Assembly: GCA_044220955.1 (NCBI GenBank)
Contig: JBGAQA010000008.1
Span: 64,316-128,315 of the forward strand
DNA from: Sandaracinaceae bacterium
Lineage (GTDB): Bacteria; Myxococcota_A; Polyangia; Polyangiales; Sandaracinaceae
Reading direction: 5' to 3'
DNA length: 64,000 nt
Shown: positions 14,262 through 23,742 of the stretch, one piece after another
How positions within the stretch are numbered: position 1 is the first letter of the stretch
Layout: every line of letters begins with the position of its first letter
Notes under the pieces: model-generated
The model's database searches: none
The model's input: the letters and a program-made list of their open reading frames with translations, nothing else
Told to the model about the DNA's origin: nothing
Translations under genes and position numbers: made by a program

Positions 14262-16235
14262 TCAGCGCGGCAGCGCGATCAGCGCGAGCCGCGCGTGCCC
14301 CGCGCTCTCTTGCGTCGAGAGCATGACGAGCCGGTCGCCGACGAAGGCCCAGCGAGCCTGGTGCGTGTCGAAGGGCAGCGCGGGGATCGCGACCGACCAC
14401 GTGCGCGCCGCCGGGTCGAAGACCTCGATCGAGCGGTCGGCGACGAGGCCGCCGTCGCCGCGGGCGGAGCCGCCGACCAGATAGAGGTGTCCGTCGTGCG
14501 CGAGCATCGTCGCCGAGATGCGCACGTGGGCGGGGCAGGGCATCGGCGCGAACGTGCGCGCGGCGAGGTCGAAGTCGAGGCAGTCGTCGACCGGGGCGAA
14601 GCCCTCGCGCATGCCGCCGACGATGAAGAAGTGATCGCCTTGCGCCGCCGATGCGAACGCGCGCCGCGTACCCGTGAGCTCCGCGTCGATCGTCTCGCAC
14701 GTGCCCACCGTGCCGTCCGTCACCGGGCAGCGCAGCACGTCGGACAGGTGCGTGAACTGCTCCTGCTCCGGCAGGCTCTCGTCGAAGCGGAGGCCGGCGA
14801 AGATCCAGATCGCTCCTTCGAAGAACGTCGCGCCGAACTGCGTGCGGCCCGCCGGGAGCACGTCGCGCGCGATCGCGAAGCGCTCGTCCTCTCCGATGAC
14901 GAAGCCGTCCGCGAACGTGCGCGCCGCGTGCCCGTCGTGGCCGAAGCCACCCAGCGCGAGCACGCGATCGCCGAGATCGATCGACTCGAGCGACTGCCGT
15001 GCCTCGGGCAGCGGCGCGAGCGGGAACCAGCGGAGCGAGGGCACGTGCAGGCGGAACGCCTCGGCCACGAAGTTCGTCTCGGCGAAGTCGTGCTGCTCCG
15101 GGCTGTCGTTGCCGCCGAAGACGTAGAGCGAGTCGTCCGACGCGAACATGCCGAAGCGGTTGCGCGCGCGTCCGGGGAACGAGATCTCCGCCCAGCCGAC
15201 GGCAGGCGCGCCGGGCCGGATCCACTCGATGAGGCGCGCGCGACCGTCCATCGTCATCGCGCCGATCCCGCCGAGGGCGAGCACACCGTCGCCGTAGGCC
15301 ACCAGCCGGTGGAAGAAGCGCGGCTGCGCGAGCGCGCCCGCTGCGCTCCACGTCTCGCCCTCGAGCCGGAACAGCGTGCCGTCCGCACCGCTCGCGAAGA
15401 TGGCGTCGCCGATGGCGACCGCGGCCATGCCGAAGCCGTCGCCCGGGAAGTCGGGGCCGCGTGACCACGTGCCCGTCGCGGGATCGAGCAGGTCCACCGA
15501 GGTCGAGGTGTGGAGCGCGGCGTCGAGACCTCCGACGACGACGATCGCGCGCGAGGTCGCGACCACGGCCAGCGCGCGGCGCTGGATCGGGCAGGGCGCG
15601 CTCGTCCACGCATGGCTCGCGGGGTCGTACACGTTCATCGTGTCCGCGAACGTCGCGTGGTCCTGGTCGCCGTCCACGTTCCAGCCGCCGACGACGTAGA
15701 GACGTCCGTCGAGCGCCGCCATGTCGAACGACGAGCGCGGCGTGGGCAGATCGGGGAAGGGCTCCCACGCGCCGGTCGCCACGACGTAGCGCATGCACGT
15801 CGCGATCGAGTGCATGTCGGTGGGCGCGCCGTGCGCGTTGTCGATGCGCGAGCCGCCGCAGCGCACGAGATCGCCGCCGAGCGCCACGAGCCCGAAGCCC
15901 TGCAGGCCCGACTCCATCGCCGCGAGCGACGTCCAGCCGCCACCCGGCTCGAGCCGATCGAGCGCGTGCGACTGCCCCTCGCGGTCGTAGTCGTGGGGCG
16001 TGCCGTGGTAGCCGCCGAGCACGTACACGCGGCCCTCGAGCGCGACCGCGCCGAAGCTCGTCACCGGCTCGTCCATCGACGCCGCGAACACGCCGTGCAC
16101 CGCGTCGATCGAGGCGGCCGTGAAGGGCGGCACCGGGTCCTCCGAAGCCACGGGCGGGGTCTGCGCCCGCGGCGTAGCACCACCGCACGCGGCGAGCACG
16201 ACCAGCGAGGCCACGGATGCGCTTCGACCCATCAC
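14262..16235 (-). CDS. Kelch-repeat (probably double beta-propeller) lipoprotein
   Basis: Lipobox LAAC; repeated GRVYVLGG / GRLYVVGG / LYVFGG / HLYLVGG with W-terminated Kelch units. Confidence 0.85.
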   Translation of the reverse strand: MMGRSASVASLVVLAACGGATPRAQTPPVASEDPVPPFTAASIDAVHGVFAASMDEPVTSFGAVALEGRVYVLGGYHGTPHDYDREGQSHALDRLEPGGGWTSLAAMESGLQGFGLVALGGDLVRCGGSRIDNAHGAPTDMHSIATCMRYVVATGAWEPFPDLPTPRSSFDMAALDGRLYVVGGWNVDGDQDHATFADTMNVYDPASHAWTSAPCPIQRRALAVVATSRAIVVVGGLDAALHTSTSVDLLDPATGTWSRGPDFPGDGFGMAAVAIGDAIFASGADGTLFRLEGETWSAAGALAQPRFFHRLVAYGDGVLALGGIGAMTMDGRARLIEWIRPGAPAVGWAEISFPGRARNRFGMFASDDSLYVFGGNDSPEQHDFAETNFVAEAFRLHVPSLRWFPLAPLPEARQSLESIDLGDRVLALGGFGHDGHAARTFADGFVIGEDERFAIARDVLPAGRTQFGATFFEGAIWIFAGLRFDESLPEQEQFTHLSDVLRCPVTDGTVGTCETIDAELTGTRRAFASAAQGDHFFIVGGMREGFAPVDDCLDFDLAARTFAPMPCPAHVRISATMLAHDGHLYLVGGSARGDGGLVADRSIEVFDPAARTWSVAIPALPFDTHQARWAFVGDRLVMLSTQESAGHARLALIALPR

Positions 16236-16287
16236 GGCGGCAGGACAGCACGCGCGGCCCGGGCCGTCGAGCCCGTCCGGCGCTCAC

Positions 16288-16730
16288 TCAGCGGCAGACG
16301 TACGTGCCGCTCGGGATCGCGGCGCACTCGGCGTCGGAGAGGCAGCCGAGGCCGCGGCAGACGCCGGCCTCGCAGGCGAAGTTGTCGGCGTCGGCGTAGG
16401 GGACGCCGAGCGAGCAGTCGTCCGCGTTGCTGCAGGCCTGGATGCACCCGGCGACGCCGCCACCGAGGTCGCGGCAGACGTAGGTTCCGCCGGGGATCGC
16501 GGCGCACTCGGCGTCGGAGAGGCAGCCGAGGCCGCGGCAGACGCCGGCGTCGCAGGCGAAGTTGTCGGCGTCGGCGTAGGGGACGCCGAGCGAGCAGTCG
16601 TCCGCGGTGCTGCAGGCCTCGACGCAGCCGGCGAGGCCTCCGCCGAGGTCGCGACAGACGTAGGTGCCGCTCGGGATCGTGGCGCACTCGGTGTCGGACA
16701 GGCAGCCGAGGCTCCGGCACACGCCGGCGT
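16288..16730 (-). pseudogene. 5'-truncated Cys-rich repeat protein
   Basis: 60-aa Cys-rich units; repeat breaks at 16730, in-frame stop at 16771-16773, no signal peptide. Confidence 0.6.
16291..16730. repeat. Tandem repeat, 180-bp period, about 2.4 copies
   Basis: GC(G/A)CAGACGTA..GGGATCG.GGCGCACTCGG recurs at 16291, 16471 and 16651. Confidence 0.9.
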
Positions 16731-17243
16731 GGCTCTGCCATCGTCCTCTTCGTCTCGCTCGCCGTCGCCCTCAGCGTCGCCCTGGCCCGGCGCAGCGTGG
16801 GCGACCGCTCGTGGGCGCTCACGGCCTTGCCGTTCGTGCTCGTGGCGGCCGGGCACCTCGTTCTCGCTCTTCGCGCGGGCAGCGCGCAGAGCTCGCGCGA
16901 CGCGGAGCGCGAGTCACGGGCTCGGGTGGTGCAAGCGAGGTTCGACGAGATCCCGGCGAGCTTCCGCCATCGCGGGAGCTTCGGTGAGCTCTCCGAGCAG
17001 CTCGACTCCGTCCTCGTGATCGACGACGCGTCGCAGTCGATCGTCCGCGTCGACCACGAGCGAGAGTCGCTGGTGGCCATCTGCGTGGGCCGGATCGAGG
17101 GCACGACGCTCCGGCTCGTCGACGACACGAGCGTCCGCGACTACGCGGACGAGAGCGGACGGACGGTCTACGAGCGATTCACCGTACTGCCGGGCGAGGC
17201 GGCAGGACGCACGGACTGCGCCTACGAGCGCTACACGTTCTGA
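16731..17243 (+). pseudogene. 5'-truncated membrane protein sharing its C-terminal domain with 19142-19477
   Basis: Two hydrophobic helices then EQLDSVLVIDD...YERYTF; no nearby in-frame start. Confidence 0.55.
16994..17243 (+). repeat. 250-bp direct repeat, copy 1 (copy 2 at 19228-19477)
   Basis: No mismatches found on manual comparison; offset 2234 bp; ends at the TGA stop. Confidence 0.93.
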
Positions 17244-17248
17244 TCCCT

Positions 17249-19075
17249 TCACTCGTCGCAGATGCGTGTGCAGGTGTGGCGCGCGCCCGTGCGCACGAAC
17301 GACGAAGTGAAGGGAGTGGGCCCGAAGTACTCGGACGCGGAGCGCTGATCGCAGGTCTGTGCCGGCAGGTCCGAGGGTGTCGCGCAGTCCGCGTCCGTGC
17401 TGCACGGACGGGCACACCCCTCTGCGAAGGGATCACAGATCAGCGCGGTGTACGGGCTCCCGGGCATCGGAGTCGCGCGCGTGCAAGGGTCGTCGGCGCC
17501 GGTCAGGCGTGGGTCACAGGGCAGCCCCAGCTCGCGCGGGACCTCCGGGCCGGGCGGCTCCCGCAGACAGCTCCGCGTGATCCACGCGCCTGCGACAGGT
17601 GTGATCACGCTGAAGGCGATGCGCCGTGCGCAGCCCACCGGCAGCCCCGCGGAGAACGCGCCGAGCGTCCCATCGTCGTACACCCAGCCCGGCAGCCTGT
17701 CTGCATCTGCCCCCGTCACCTGCGACACGCGACAGACCTCGCGCAGAGCCCCGGCGGCGTCGGCCTCGAGTCCGCCGAACGTGAACGCCTCGGGGTGATC
17801 GAGGTCGCCGCAACGAACGCCGAGGGGCAAGATCTCCCAGACGTCGCACCCCGCGAGCCCCTGGGCATCGCGCGTGAGCGGGCTCCACTGACAGCGTCCA
17901 TCGAGGACGGGCGCGAGGCGGCGCACGAGCAGGTCGATGGCGGGCCCGAAGTCGTCGCCGCAGATCGACTGCACGATGCCGCCCGTCTGCCGTGTGAAGT
18001 CGACCAGGCGCCGCGCCGGGAACGCGTCGCCTGTCGCGCCCACGCATGCCGGAACGAGGAACCCCGTGCGGGTCGGGTCTTGTCGAACGTCCATGCGTGG
18101 GTCGGCGAGGATCGCGTCGAGGTTCGTCGTCCCCTCGCCGTGCTCGGGCTCGTCCACGAGATCGGGGGGAACGCCGGCGAGCGTCAGCACCACCGCGTGG
18201 TCGCCGGCCACCGCGCGCAGCCCATCGACGTAGCGCTCGATCGGGTACGTGACCTCGGGATGGAGTGGAACACGGATGTTCGGCTCGTCGGGCGTGAACG
18301 AGAGGCTCTCGTCGAAGATGTCCGAGCTCGACACCGAGCCGTCGTCCGAGTTGGCCAGGATCACGACCACCAGCGTCGAGTCGCCGCCGGGAAACTCATT
18401 GTCCCCGTAGCCCCCATGCGCCGGCGTGCCCGAGAGATACGGGCCCGTCGGAGGAACGTAGTCTGGCCGGGCGACCGCCTTGAGCATCGCCTCGAGGCTC
18501 TGCTCGTAGCCGCAGCCGCCCGCTCCGACGCGCGTCTGACACTCGAGCGTGCTCGTGAACGTCGCGACGTCGGTCGAGAACCAGAGCTGGGCGATCGGCG
18601 CGATCGAGGCTGGATCACAGGCTGCATCGGCCCTCCGCCGCGCGTTCGCCTCGGGCATGGCGAGCAGGCCGTCGTCGCCTGCGACACTCGTACAGACGTG
18701 CGAGCGCCCGAGACCCCCCATGTCCTGCGTGGTGACGCCGACGCGCAGGATCTGAACCGGGGAGAAGTCTCGCTCGCCGGCCCCGGGATCGCTCGTCCCG
18801 GCCTCGAGATCGCCCGTGGCGAGGATCTGCACCAGGCGCGGCAGCTGCGCGCGGAGCGCGTCCCGCGCAGGCTCCATCGCGGCCGACGTTCCGAGGACGA
18901 AGAGGATGTCCACGTCTCCGCCCGGATACGTGTACTCGACCGGGTTGATGATGGGACCACACGGCCGGTGCGGCGAGCTGGGCGTGCAGCTCCCCGCGAT
19001 CGCCGACACGGCGACCGAGGCGAGCACGCGAGCGAGCGCACGACGGAGGCTCACGAGGCACCTCCCGACTCCCAT
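17249..19075 (-). CDS. Myxobacterial vWA-like Cys-rich lipoprotein (start uncertain)
   Basis: IAGSC lipobox, DVDILFVLGTSAAM, RVGVTTQDMG, GCGYEQSLEA, SICGDDFGPAI. Confidence 0.7.
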   Translation of the reverse strand: MGVGRCLVSLRRALARVLASVAVSAIAGSCTPSSPHRPCGPIINPVEYTYPGGDVDILFVLGTSAAMEPARDALRAQLPRLVQILATGDLEAGTSDPGAGERDFSPVQILRVGVTTQDMGGLGRSHVCTSVAGDDGLLAMPEANARRRADAACDPASIAPIAQLWFSTDVATFTSTLECQTRVGAGGCGYEQSLEAMLKAVARPDYVPPTGPYLSGTPAHGGYGDNEFPGGDSTLVVVILANSDDGSVSSSDIFDESLSFTPDEPNIRVPLHPEVTYPIERYVDGLRAVAGDHAVVLTLAGVPPDLVDEPEHGEGTTNLDAILADPRMDVRQDPTRTGFLVPACVGATGDAFPARRLVDFTRQTGGIVQSICGDDFGPAIDLLVRRLAPVLDGRCQWSPLTRDAQGLAGCDVWEILPLGVRCGDLDHPEAFTFGGLEADAAGALREVCRVSQVTGADADRLPGWVYDDGTLGAFSAGLPVGCARRIAFSVITPVAGAWITRSCLREPPGPEVPRELGLPCDPRLTGADDPCTRATPMPGSPYTALICDPFAEGCARPCSTDADCATPSDLPAQTCDQRSASEYFGPTPFTSSFVRTGARHTCTRICDE

Positions 19076-19141
19076 CCTCCGCGTAGTCCGACCGATTCTC
19101 AAGGAGGGCGCGGCTCGCGATCACGATGCGCTCCGGTCCGG

Positions 19142-19477
19142 ATGAAGGCCGCCCTGCATGTGCTCGCGGTCCTCGTCTGCCTCGTGTGGGCGGGCGCGTA
19201 CTACCTGCGGGAGCTCGGCAGGGCTTTCGAGCAGCTCGACTCCGTCCTCGTGATCGACGACGCGTCGCAGTCGATCGTCCGCGTCGACCACGAGCGAGAG
19301 TCGCTGGTGGCCATCTGCGTGGGCCGGATCGAGGGCACGACGCTCCGGCTCGTCGACGACACGAGCGTCCGCGACTACGCGGACGAGAGCGGACGGACGG
19401 TCTACGAGCGATTCACCGTACTGCCGGGCGAGGCGGCAGGACGCACGGACTGCGCCTACGAGCGCTACACGTTCTGA
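19142..19477 (+). CDS. Small single-TM hypothetical protein; C-terminal 82 aa identical to the end of 16731-17243
   Basis: MKAALHVLAVLVCLVWAGAYY then the duplicated domain. Confidence 0.6.
   Translation: MKAALHVLAVLVCLVWAGAYYLRELGRAFEQLDSVLVIDDASQSIVRVDHERESLVAICVGRIEGTTLRLVDDTSVRDYADESGRTVYERFTVLPGEAAGRTDCAYERYTF
19228..19477 (+). repeat. 250-bp direct repeat, copy 2
   Basis: Identical to 16994-17243. Confidence 0.93.
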
Positions 19478-19533
19478 GCCAACGGGCCGCAGGCCGGAGT
19501 CGCTCTGAGGTAGGGTTCGCGACGAGGTGGGGC

Positions 19534-20622
19534 ATGCGGGCACCGACGGTGTGTCTGATCGTCCTGGGGGCGCTCGCGCTCGCGACGCCGGTGAGGGCGC
19601 AGGACGACGACGGCGGTGATGGCGACGGCGCCTCGGGCGACGCGGGCCAGCCGCCGGTGACGGCCGGCGGGGTCTTCACGCAGGAGTCGTATCCGCAGGC
19701 GGAGGTGGACCGGCCGCTCACGCTGGCGCAGGGAGCGATCGCGTTCGGTGCCCCCGCCGACGGCTCCTTCCGGCTCTCCGCGCAGTGGGACACGGCGGTG
19801 TTCACCGAGACGGCGGCGTCGGGGCTCGGCACGGCCGTGAACGTGACCTCGTGGAGCAACCTCTTCTCCTTCGAGCTGGACACCGGCGACTTCGTCGGGC
19901 GCGTCGTGCTCCCGCTCGGCTACCTGCGCAGCGCGCTCAGCCCGGCGCCGGCCACCGGGAGCGGCGCGAGCGATCAGGCCGAGCTCGGCAACGTCGAGCT
20001 CGAAGGGTACGCGAGCATCGTCCTGGGCGCGGAGCACCGCCTCCTGATCGGAGGCGGCGTCGCGCTCCCCACGGCCACCGATCAGCCGTGCGACTCCGGC
20101 GCGTGCAGTGGGACGGGCGCGATCGTCCGTCAGATCTCGTGGGTCGCGACGTTCCGGAACGCGCCTGCGTGGGCCAACCAGGCCTTCACGCTCTGGCCGA
20201 GCGTCGACTACACGCTGGGCGTCCCCTGGGTGCTGGTGCACGCGAGCGCGGCGATCCCGATCTTCTTCCCGACGAGCTCGCGCATCGGCGGCGGCCCGAT
20301 CGTGCAGCACGGCAACGTGGACCTGATGCTCTCGCTCGACGTGTCGGGCGCCGTGCGCATCGTGAACGTGGTGGACGTCGGCGCTTCGTTCCTCGCGTGG
20401 GCGCTGCCGAGCGGGGTCGGCTACAGCCCCGGCCCGGGCCGCACGATCGACCTCGGGCAGACGGCGCTCTCCTTCTTCGTCCGGACCGATCCGGAGCTCG
20501 ACGTGCCCGTGAACGGCGGCGCCGAGTTCATCCTCGACCTCGACAACAGCTGGGGCCCGACCGGCGACACCGGCAAGTTCTGGGGCCTGCGCTTCTGGCT
20601 CGGCGGGCGCTTCGACGTTTGA
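19534..20622 (+). CDS. Secreted, probably outer-membrane beta-barrel protein
   Basis: Signal peptide ending VRAQ, amphipathic beta strands, C-terminal LRFWLGGRFDV. Confidence 0.65.
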   Translation: MRAPTVCLIVLGALALATPVRAQDDDGGDGDGASGDAGQPPVTAGGVFTQESYPQAEVDRPLTLAQGAIAFGAPADGSFRLSAQWDTAVFTETAASGLGTAVNVTSWSNLFSFELDTGDFVGRVVLPLGYLRSALSPAPATGSGASDQAELGNVELEGYASIVLGAEHRLLIGGGVALPTATDQPCDSGACSGTGAIVRQISWVATFRNAPAWANQAFTLWPSVDYTLGVPWVLVHASAAIPIFFPTSSRIGGGPIVQHGNVDLMLSLDVSGAVRIVNVVDVGASFLAWALPSGVGYSPGPGRTIDLGQTALSFFVRTDPELDVPVNGGAEFILDLDNSWGPTGDTGKFWGLRFWLGGRFDV

Positions 20623-20688
20623 GCCTAAGGGGCGCTCGCGCGGATCGCGAAGGTGTGCCAACCGCGCAGAGGCAGACCGTCGCCCGTG

Positions 20689-21057
20689 TCAGCGGGCGCG
20701 CTTCATGGGCTTCGCGCTCATTCGCCGAAGCGTGCGCGTCACGGGGTCCACGCCGATGCCGGTGCTCTCGAGAGCGACGACGCCGAGGATGGGCTCCACG
20801 TCGTCGGCGCCGAACACCATCTTGGTGACCGTCTCGTCACCCATGAAGCGGATGCGGGCGAAGCCGACCGGAAGCTCGACCGAGCTCCCGTCCGCCAGCT
20901 CGTACGTCTCCTTGCGGGTCGGCTTGATGCCGATCTTTCGCATCAGCTTCGCGGGAGCGAGGCAGTCGATCGCGCCCGTGTCGACGAGGAACTCGCTCGA
21001 GAACGAGCGCTTGCCCGCGAGCGCGAAGACTTCGACGGTCACGTGCGTCAGACCCAT
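20689..21057 (-). CDS. Clan AA (retropepsin-like) aspartic protease, single domain
   Basis: FLVDTGA catalytic motif, LADG, PILGVVALE. Confidence 0.85.
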   Translation of the reverse strand: MGLTHVTVEVFALAGKRSFSSEFLVDTGAIDCLAPAKLMRKIGIKPTRKETYELADGSSVELPVGFARIRFMGDETVTKMVFGADDVEPILGVVALESTGIGVDPVTRTLRRMSAKPMKRAR

Positions 21058-21109
21058 CGCGCCAGCGTAGCACCGGCCCGCGCCGTGGCTCGGAGCGCAA
21101 GGGGTCGAT

Positions 21110-22675
21110 TCAGCTCTCGGTGAAGTGCGCGGCGTGCTGCTGGCGTAGCTCGCGCTTGAGCAGCTTGCCGCTCGGGTTCTTCGGGAGCGACTCCGCCAGC
21201 ACGACGGCCTTCGGGCACTTGAAGCTCGCGAGGTGCTCGTCGCAGTGCGCGCGCACCCTCGCCTCGTCGAGGGTGTGGCCGGGCTTGCCGACGACGACGG
21301 CGAGCACCGCCTCGATCCAGCGCGGGTGCGGCACGCCGATGACGGCGACCTCCGAGACCTGGGGCAGGCGGTAGATGGCTTCCTCCACCTCGCGGCTGGC
21401 GACGTTCTCGCCGCCGGTCTTGATCATGTCCTTCTTGCGATCGACGACGGTGATGTAGCCCTCGGCGTCGATCGTCGCGAGGTCGCCCGAGTGGAACCAG
21501 CCGCCCTCGAACGCCGCCCTCGTCCGCTCCTCGTCCCGGAAGTAGCCGAGCATCAGGTGCGGGGAGCGATGCACGATCTCGCCGACCTCGCCGGGCGCCA
21601 CGTCGCGCATCGCGTCGTCGACCACGCGCGTCTCGACGTTGAGCACGGCGCGGCCGCACGAGCCCGGCTTGCGGAGCTGATCCTCGGGACCGAGCATCGT
21701 GGCGAGCGGCGCGATCTCGGTCTGTCCGTAGAGGTTCCAGAGCCGCACGCCCGGCAGCCGCTCCGCGAGCTCGCGCAGCACCTCGACCGGCATGATCGAG
21801 GCGCCGTAGTAGCCCTTGCGCAGGCTCGAGAGATCGGTGCGCGCGAGGAGCGGCGAGCGCAGGAGCGAGATCCACACCGTCGGCGGCGCGAAGAACGAGC
21901 TGATGCGATGCCGCTCCATCAAGGGGAGCAGGTTCTCGGGCGTCGGCTTGGCGGTGATCACGTTGGTCGCGCCGACGTAGAGCGAGGGCCCGAGGAACGC
22001 GTCGAGCTGCGCGCAGTGGTAGAGCGGCAGCGCGTGCAGCGCGAGATCGGTGCCCTCGATGCTCGCATCGACGAGGCAGCTCACGTACTGCGAGATCACC
22101 GCCTCGTGCGTGAGCATCGCGCCCTTGGGCAGCGACTCGGTGCCGCTGGTGTAGACGATCTGCGCGAGATCCGCGCCGCCGAGCGAGACGTCCGGGAGCG
22201 CGGCCGTGCTCGCACGGAGCAGCTCGAAGCTCGTCATATCGGGCGCGGGCTCCGTCGGGTCCTCCGAGGGCAGCCAGACCAGCTCGCGCACGGCGGTGTC
22301 CTGCGCGGTGGCGGCCCGCGCGAGCTCGGCGAGGCCCGAGTCGGTGGCCAGCACCTCCGCCCCCGCGTGCCGCAGGACGTACGCGACCTCCTCGGCCTTG
22401 AGCATGAAGTTGACGGGCACGAGTACCGCGCCGATGCGCGCGAGCGCGAAGCGCAGCGCCGCGAACCCGTGCGAGTTGCGCGCGAGGACGGCCACGCGAT
22501 CTCCGAGGGCCACGCCGCGACCGGAGAGGCCCGCCGCGAGGCGATCGCAGAGCGCGTCGAGCTCGGCGTAGCTCCACCGCGTGTCGCCGCACACGACGGC
22601 GGTCTTCTCGGGATGACGCTTGGCGCTGCGACGCAAGAGGTCGGCGAGCGTCTGGCGGCGAGCGAGGTCGTGCAT
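21110..22675 (-). CDS. Acyl-CoA synthetase / AMP-binding enzyme
   Basis: YTSGTESLPKG, YGQTE, FHSGD, DRKKDMIKTGGENV, PKNPSGK. Confidence 0.92.
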   Translation of the reverse strand: MHDLARRQTLADLLRRSAKRHPEKTAVVCGDTRWSYAELDALCDRLAAGLSGRGVALGDRVAVLARNSHGFAALRFALARIGAVLVPVNFMLKAEEVAYVLRHAGAEVLATDSGLAELARAATAQDTAVRELVWLPSEDPTEPAPDMTSFELLRASTAALPDVSLGGADLAQIVYTSGTESLPKGAMLTHEAVISQYVSCLVDASIEGTDLALHALPLYHCAQLDAFLGPSLYVGATNVITAKPTPENLLPLMERHRISSFFAPPTVWISLLRSPLLARTDLSSLRKGYYGASIMPVEVLRELAERLPGVRLWNLYGQTEIAPLATMLGPEDQLRKPGSCGRAVLNVETRVVDDAMRDVAPGEVGEIVHRSPHLMLGYFRDEERTRAAFEGGWFHSGDLATIDAEGYITVVDRKKDMIKTGGENVASREVEEAIYRLPQVSEVAVIGVPHPRWIEAVLAVVVGKPGHTLDEARVRAHCDEHLASFKCPKAVVLAESLPKNPSGKLLKRELRQQHAAHFTES

Positions 22676-22734
22676 GGCGTCTCCGGCGCGAGAGGATACA
22701 TCGTGCGCAGACCGTCCGTTGCGCTCCACGCTCC

Positions 22735-22753
22735 ATGCGCATACGATGCGCAT
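22735..22753 (+). promoter_or_regulatory. Putative ccdAB operator/-10: two ATGCGCAT palindromes around TACGAT, leaderless start
   Basis: ATGCGCAT-ACG-ATGCGCAT-ATG read directly. Confidence 0.55.
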
Positions 22754-23020
22754 ATGGTGAAGGCGATGCCGTCGGCCGCGATCGACACGCGGGGGTCCAA
22801 GCGTCCGGTCAACCTGACGCTCGATGCGGAGCTCGTGAAGCGAGCGCGAGGCATGTCGAGCAACCTCTCCGCGCAAGTGGAGTCGCTGCTCACGGAGTTC
22901 GTCGAGAAGCGTGAGGCCGAGGATCGCGCGCGCAGGGGCCGCTCCGAGCGTGCGGCGCGCTCCTGGAACGCGTTCGCCGAGCGACATGGCTCGTTCGCCG
23001 ACGAGTTCTCGACCCTCTGA
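22754..23020 (+). CDS. ccdA: CcdA-family antitoxin
   Basis: KRPVNLTLDAELV..NLSAQVE..WNAFAERHGSFADEFSTL. Confidence 0.85.
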   Translation: MVKAMPSAAIDTRGSKRPVNLTLDAELVKRARGMSSNLSAQVESLLTEFVEKREAEDRARRGRSERAARSWNAFAERHGSFADEFSTL

Positions 23021-23340
23021 TGAGCCAGTTCGACGTCCACCGGAATCCGGGCACGAACCGCGAGGCCATCCCGTTCGTGGTCGTGGTGCAGTCGTCGAGC
23101 CTCGACGGCTTTCGTCGGCGCGTCGTGGTCCCGCTCGTGCGCAAGTCGCTCCTCGGCCAGGTCCATCAACCCCGTCTCAACCCGTCCTTCACGGTGAAGG
23201 GGACCGCGGTGGTGCTGCACCCGCTCGAGATCGTCTCGGTCCCGCTCGAGAGGCTGGGCAAGCCGATCGCCTCGCTGGCCAGCCGCGGCGCGAAGATATC
23301 GGACGCGCTCGACGAGCTCCTGAGTCGCGTGTACGACTGA
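23020..23340 (+). CDS. ccdB: CcdB-family toxin
   Basis: MSQFDVHRN, PFVVVVQS, RVVVPL, PRLNP; TGATG coupling to ccdA. Confidence 0.85.
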   Translation: MSQFDVHRNPGTNREAIPFVVVVQSSSLDGFRRRVVVPLVRKSLLGQVHQPRLNPSFTVKGTAVVLHPLEIVSVPLERLGKPIASLASRGAKISDALDELLSRVYD

Positions 23341-23349
23341 TCGGATCGC

Positions 23350-23670
23350 ATGACGACACGACGACCGCGCGGCCTCCGAGCTCACGACATCGTGGCCACG
23401 CGCACCGGCCGGCGTGGGGCCCTCGCGCTGCTGGGCCTCGCGGGGATCTCGGTCGTCGCGCCCGCGCGTGCAACGGCCCAGAGCGGCTGCTCCGATCACG
23501 ACGCGCACGACCCGGCCGGCAACGGCCGCAGGTGCGGCGAGTCCGGCTGCAGCGACGCCGATCACGCCGACGCCGGCGGCAGCGGCCGCCATTGCCCGCC
23601 GATGCACGACCTCTACCGCTGCTCGGACACCGACCCGACCGATCCGGCCGGCGGCGGCAGGCACTGCTGA
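23350..23670 (+). CDS. Small secreted protein with Tat-like signal and three CSDxDxxDxxGxGRxC repeats
   Basis: GRRGALALLG..ATAQ followed by three 16-aa repeats. Confidence 0.65.
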   Translation: MTTRRPRGLRAHDIVATRTGRRGALALLGLAGISVVAPARATAQSGCSDHDAHDPAGNGRRCGESGCSDADHADAGGSGRHCPPMHDLYRCSDTDPTDPAGGGRHC

Positions 23671-23742
23671 AGGTCAGGCCGGCGGCGGCGCGCCGAGCGC
23701 GCTGATCGCGGGGGAATCACGGGGGCGATTCGTGATCACGAA

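Noticed and set aside
16291..16730. CRISPR array
   Set aside because: The 180-bp units are contiguous in-frame coding repeats without unique spacers; no cas genes.
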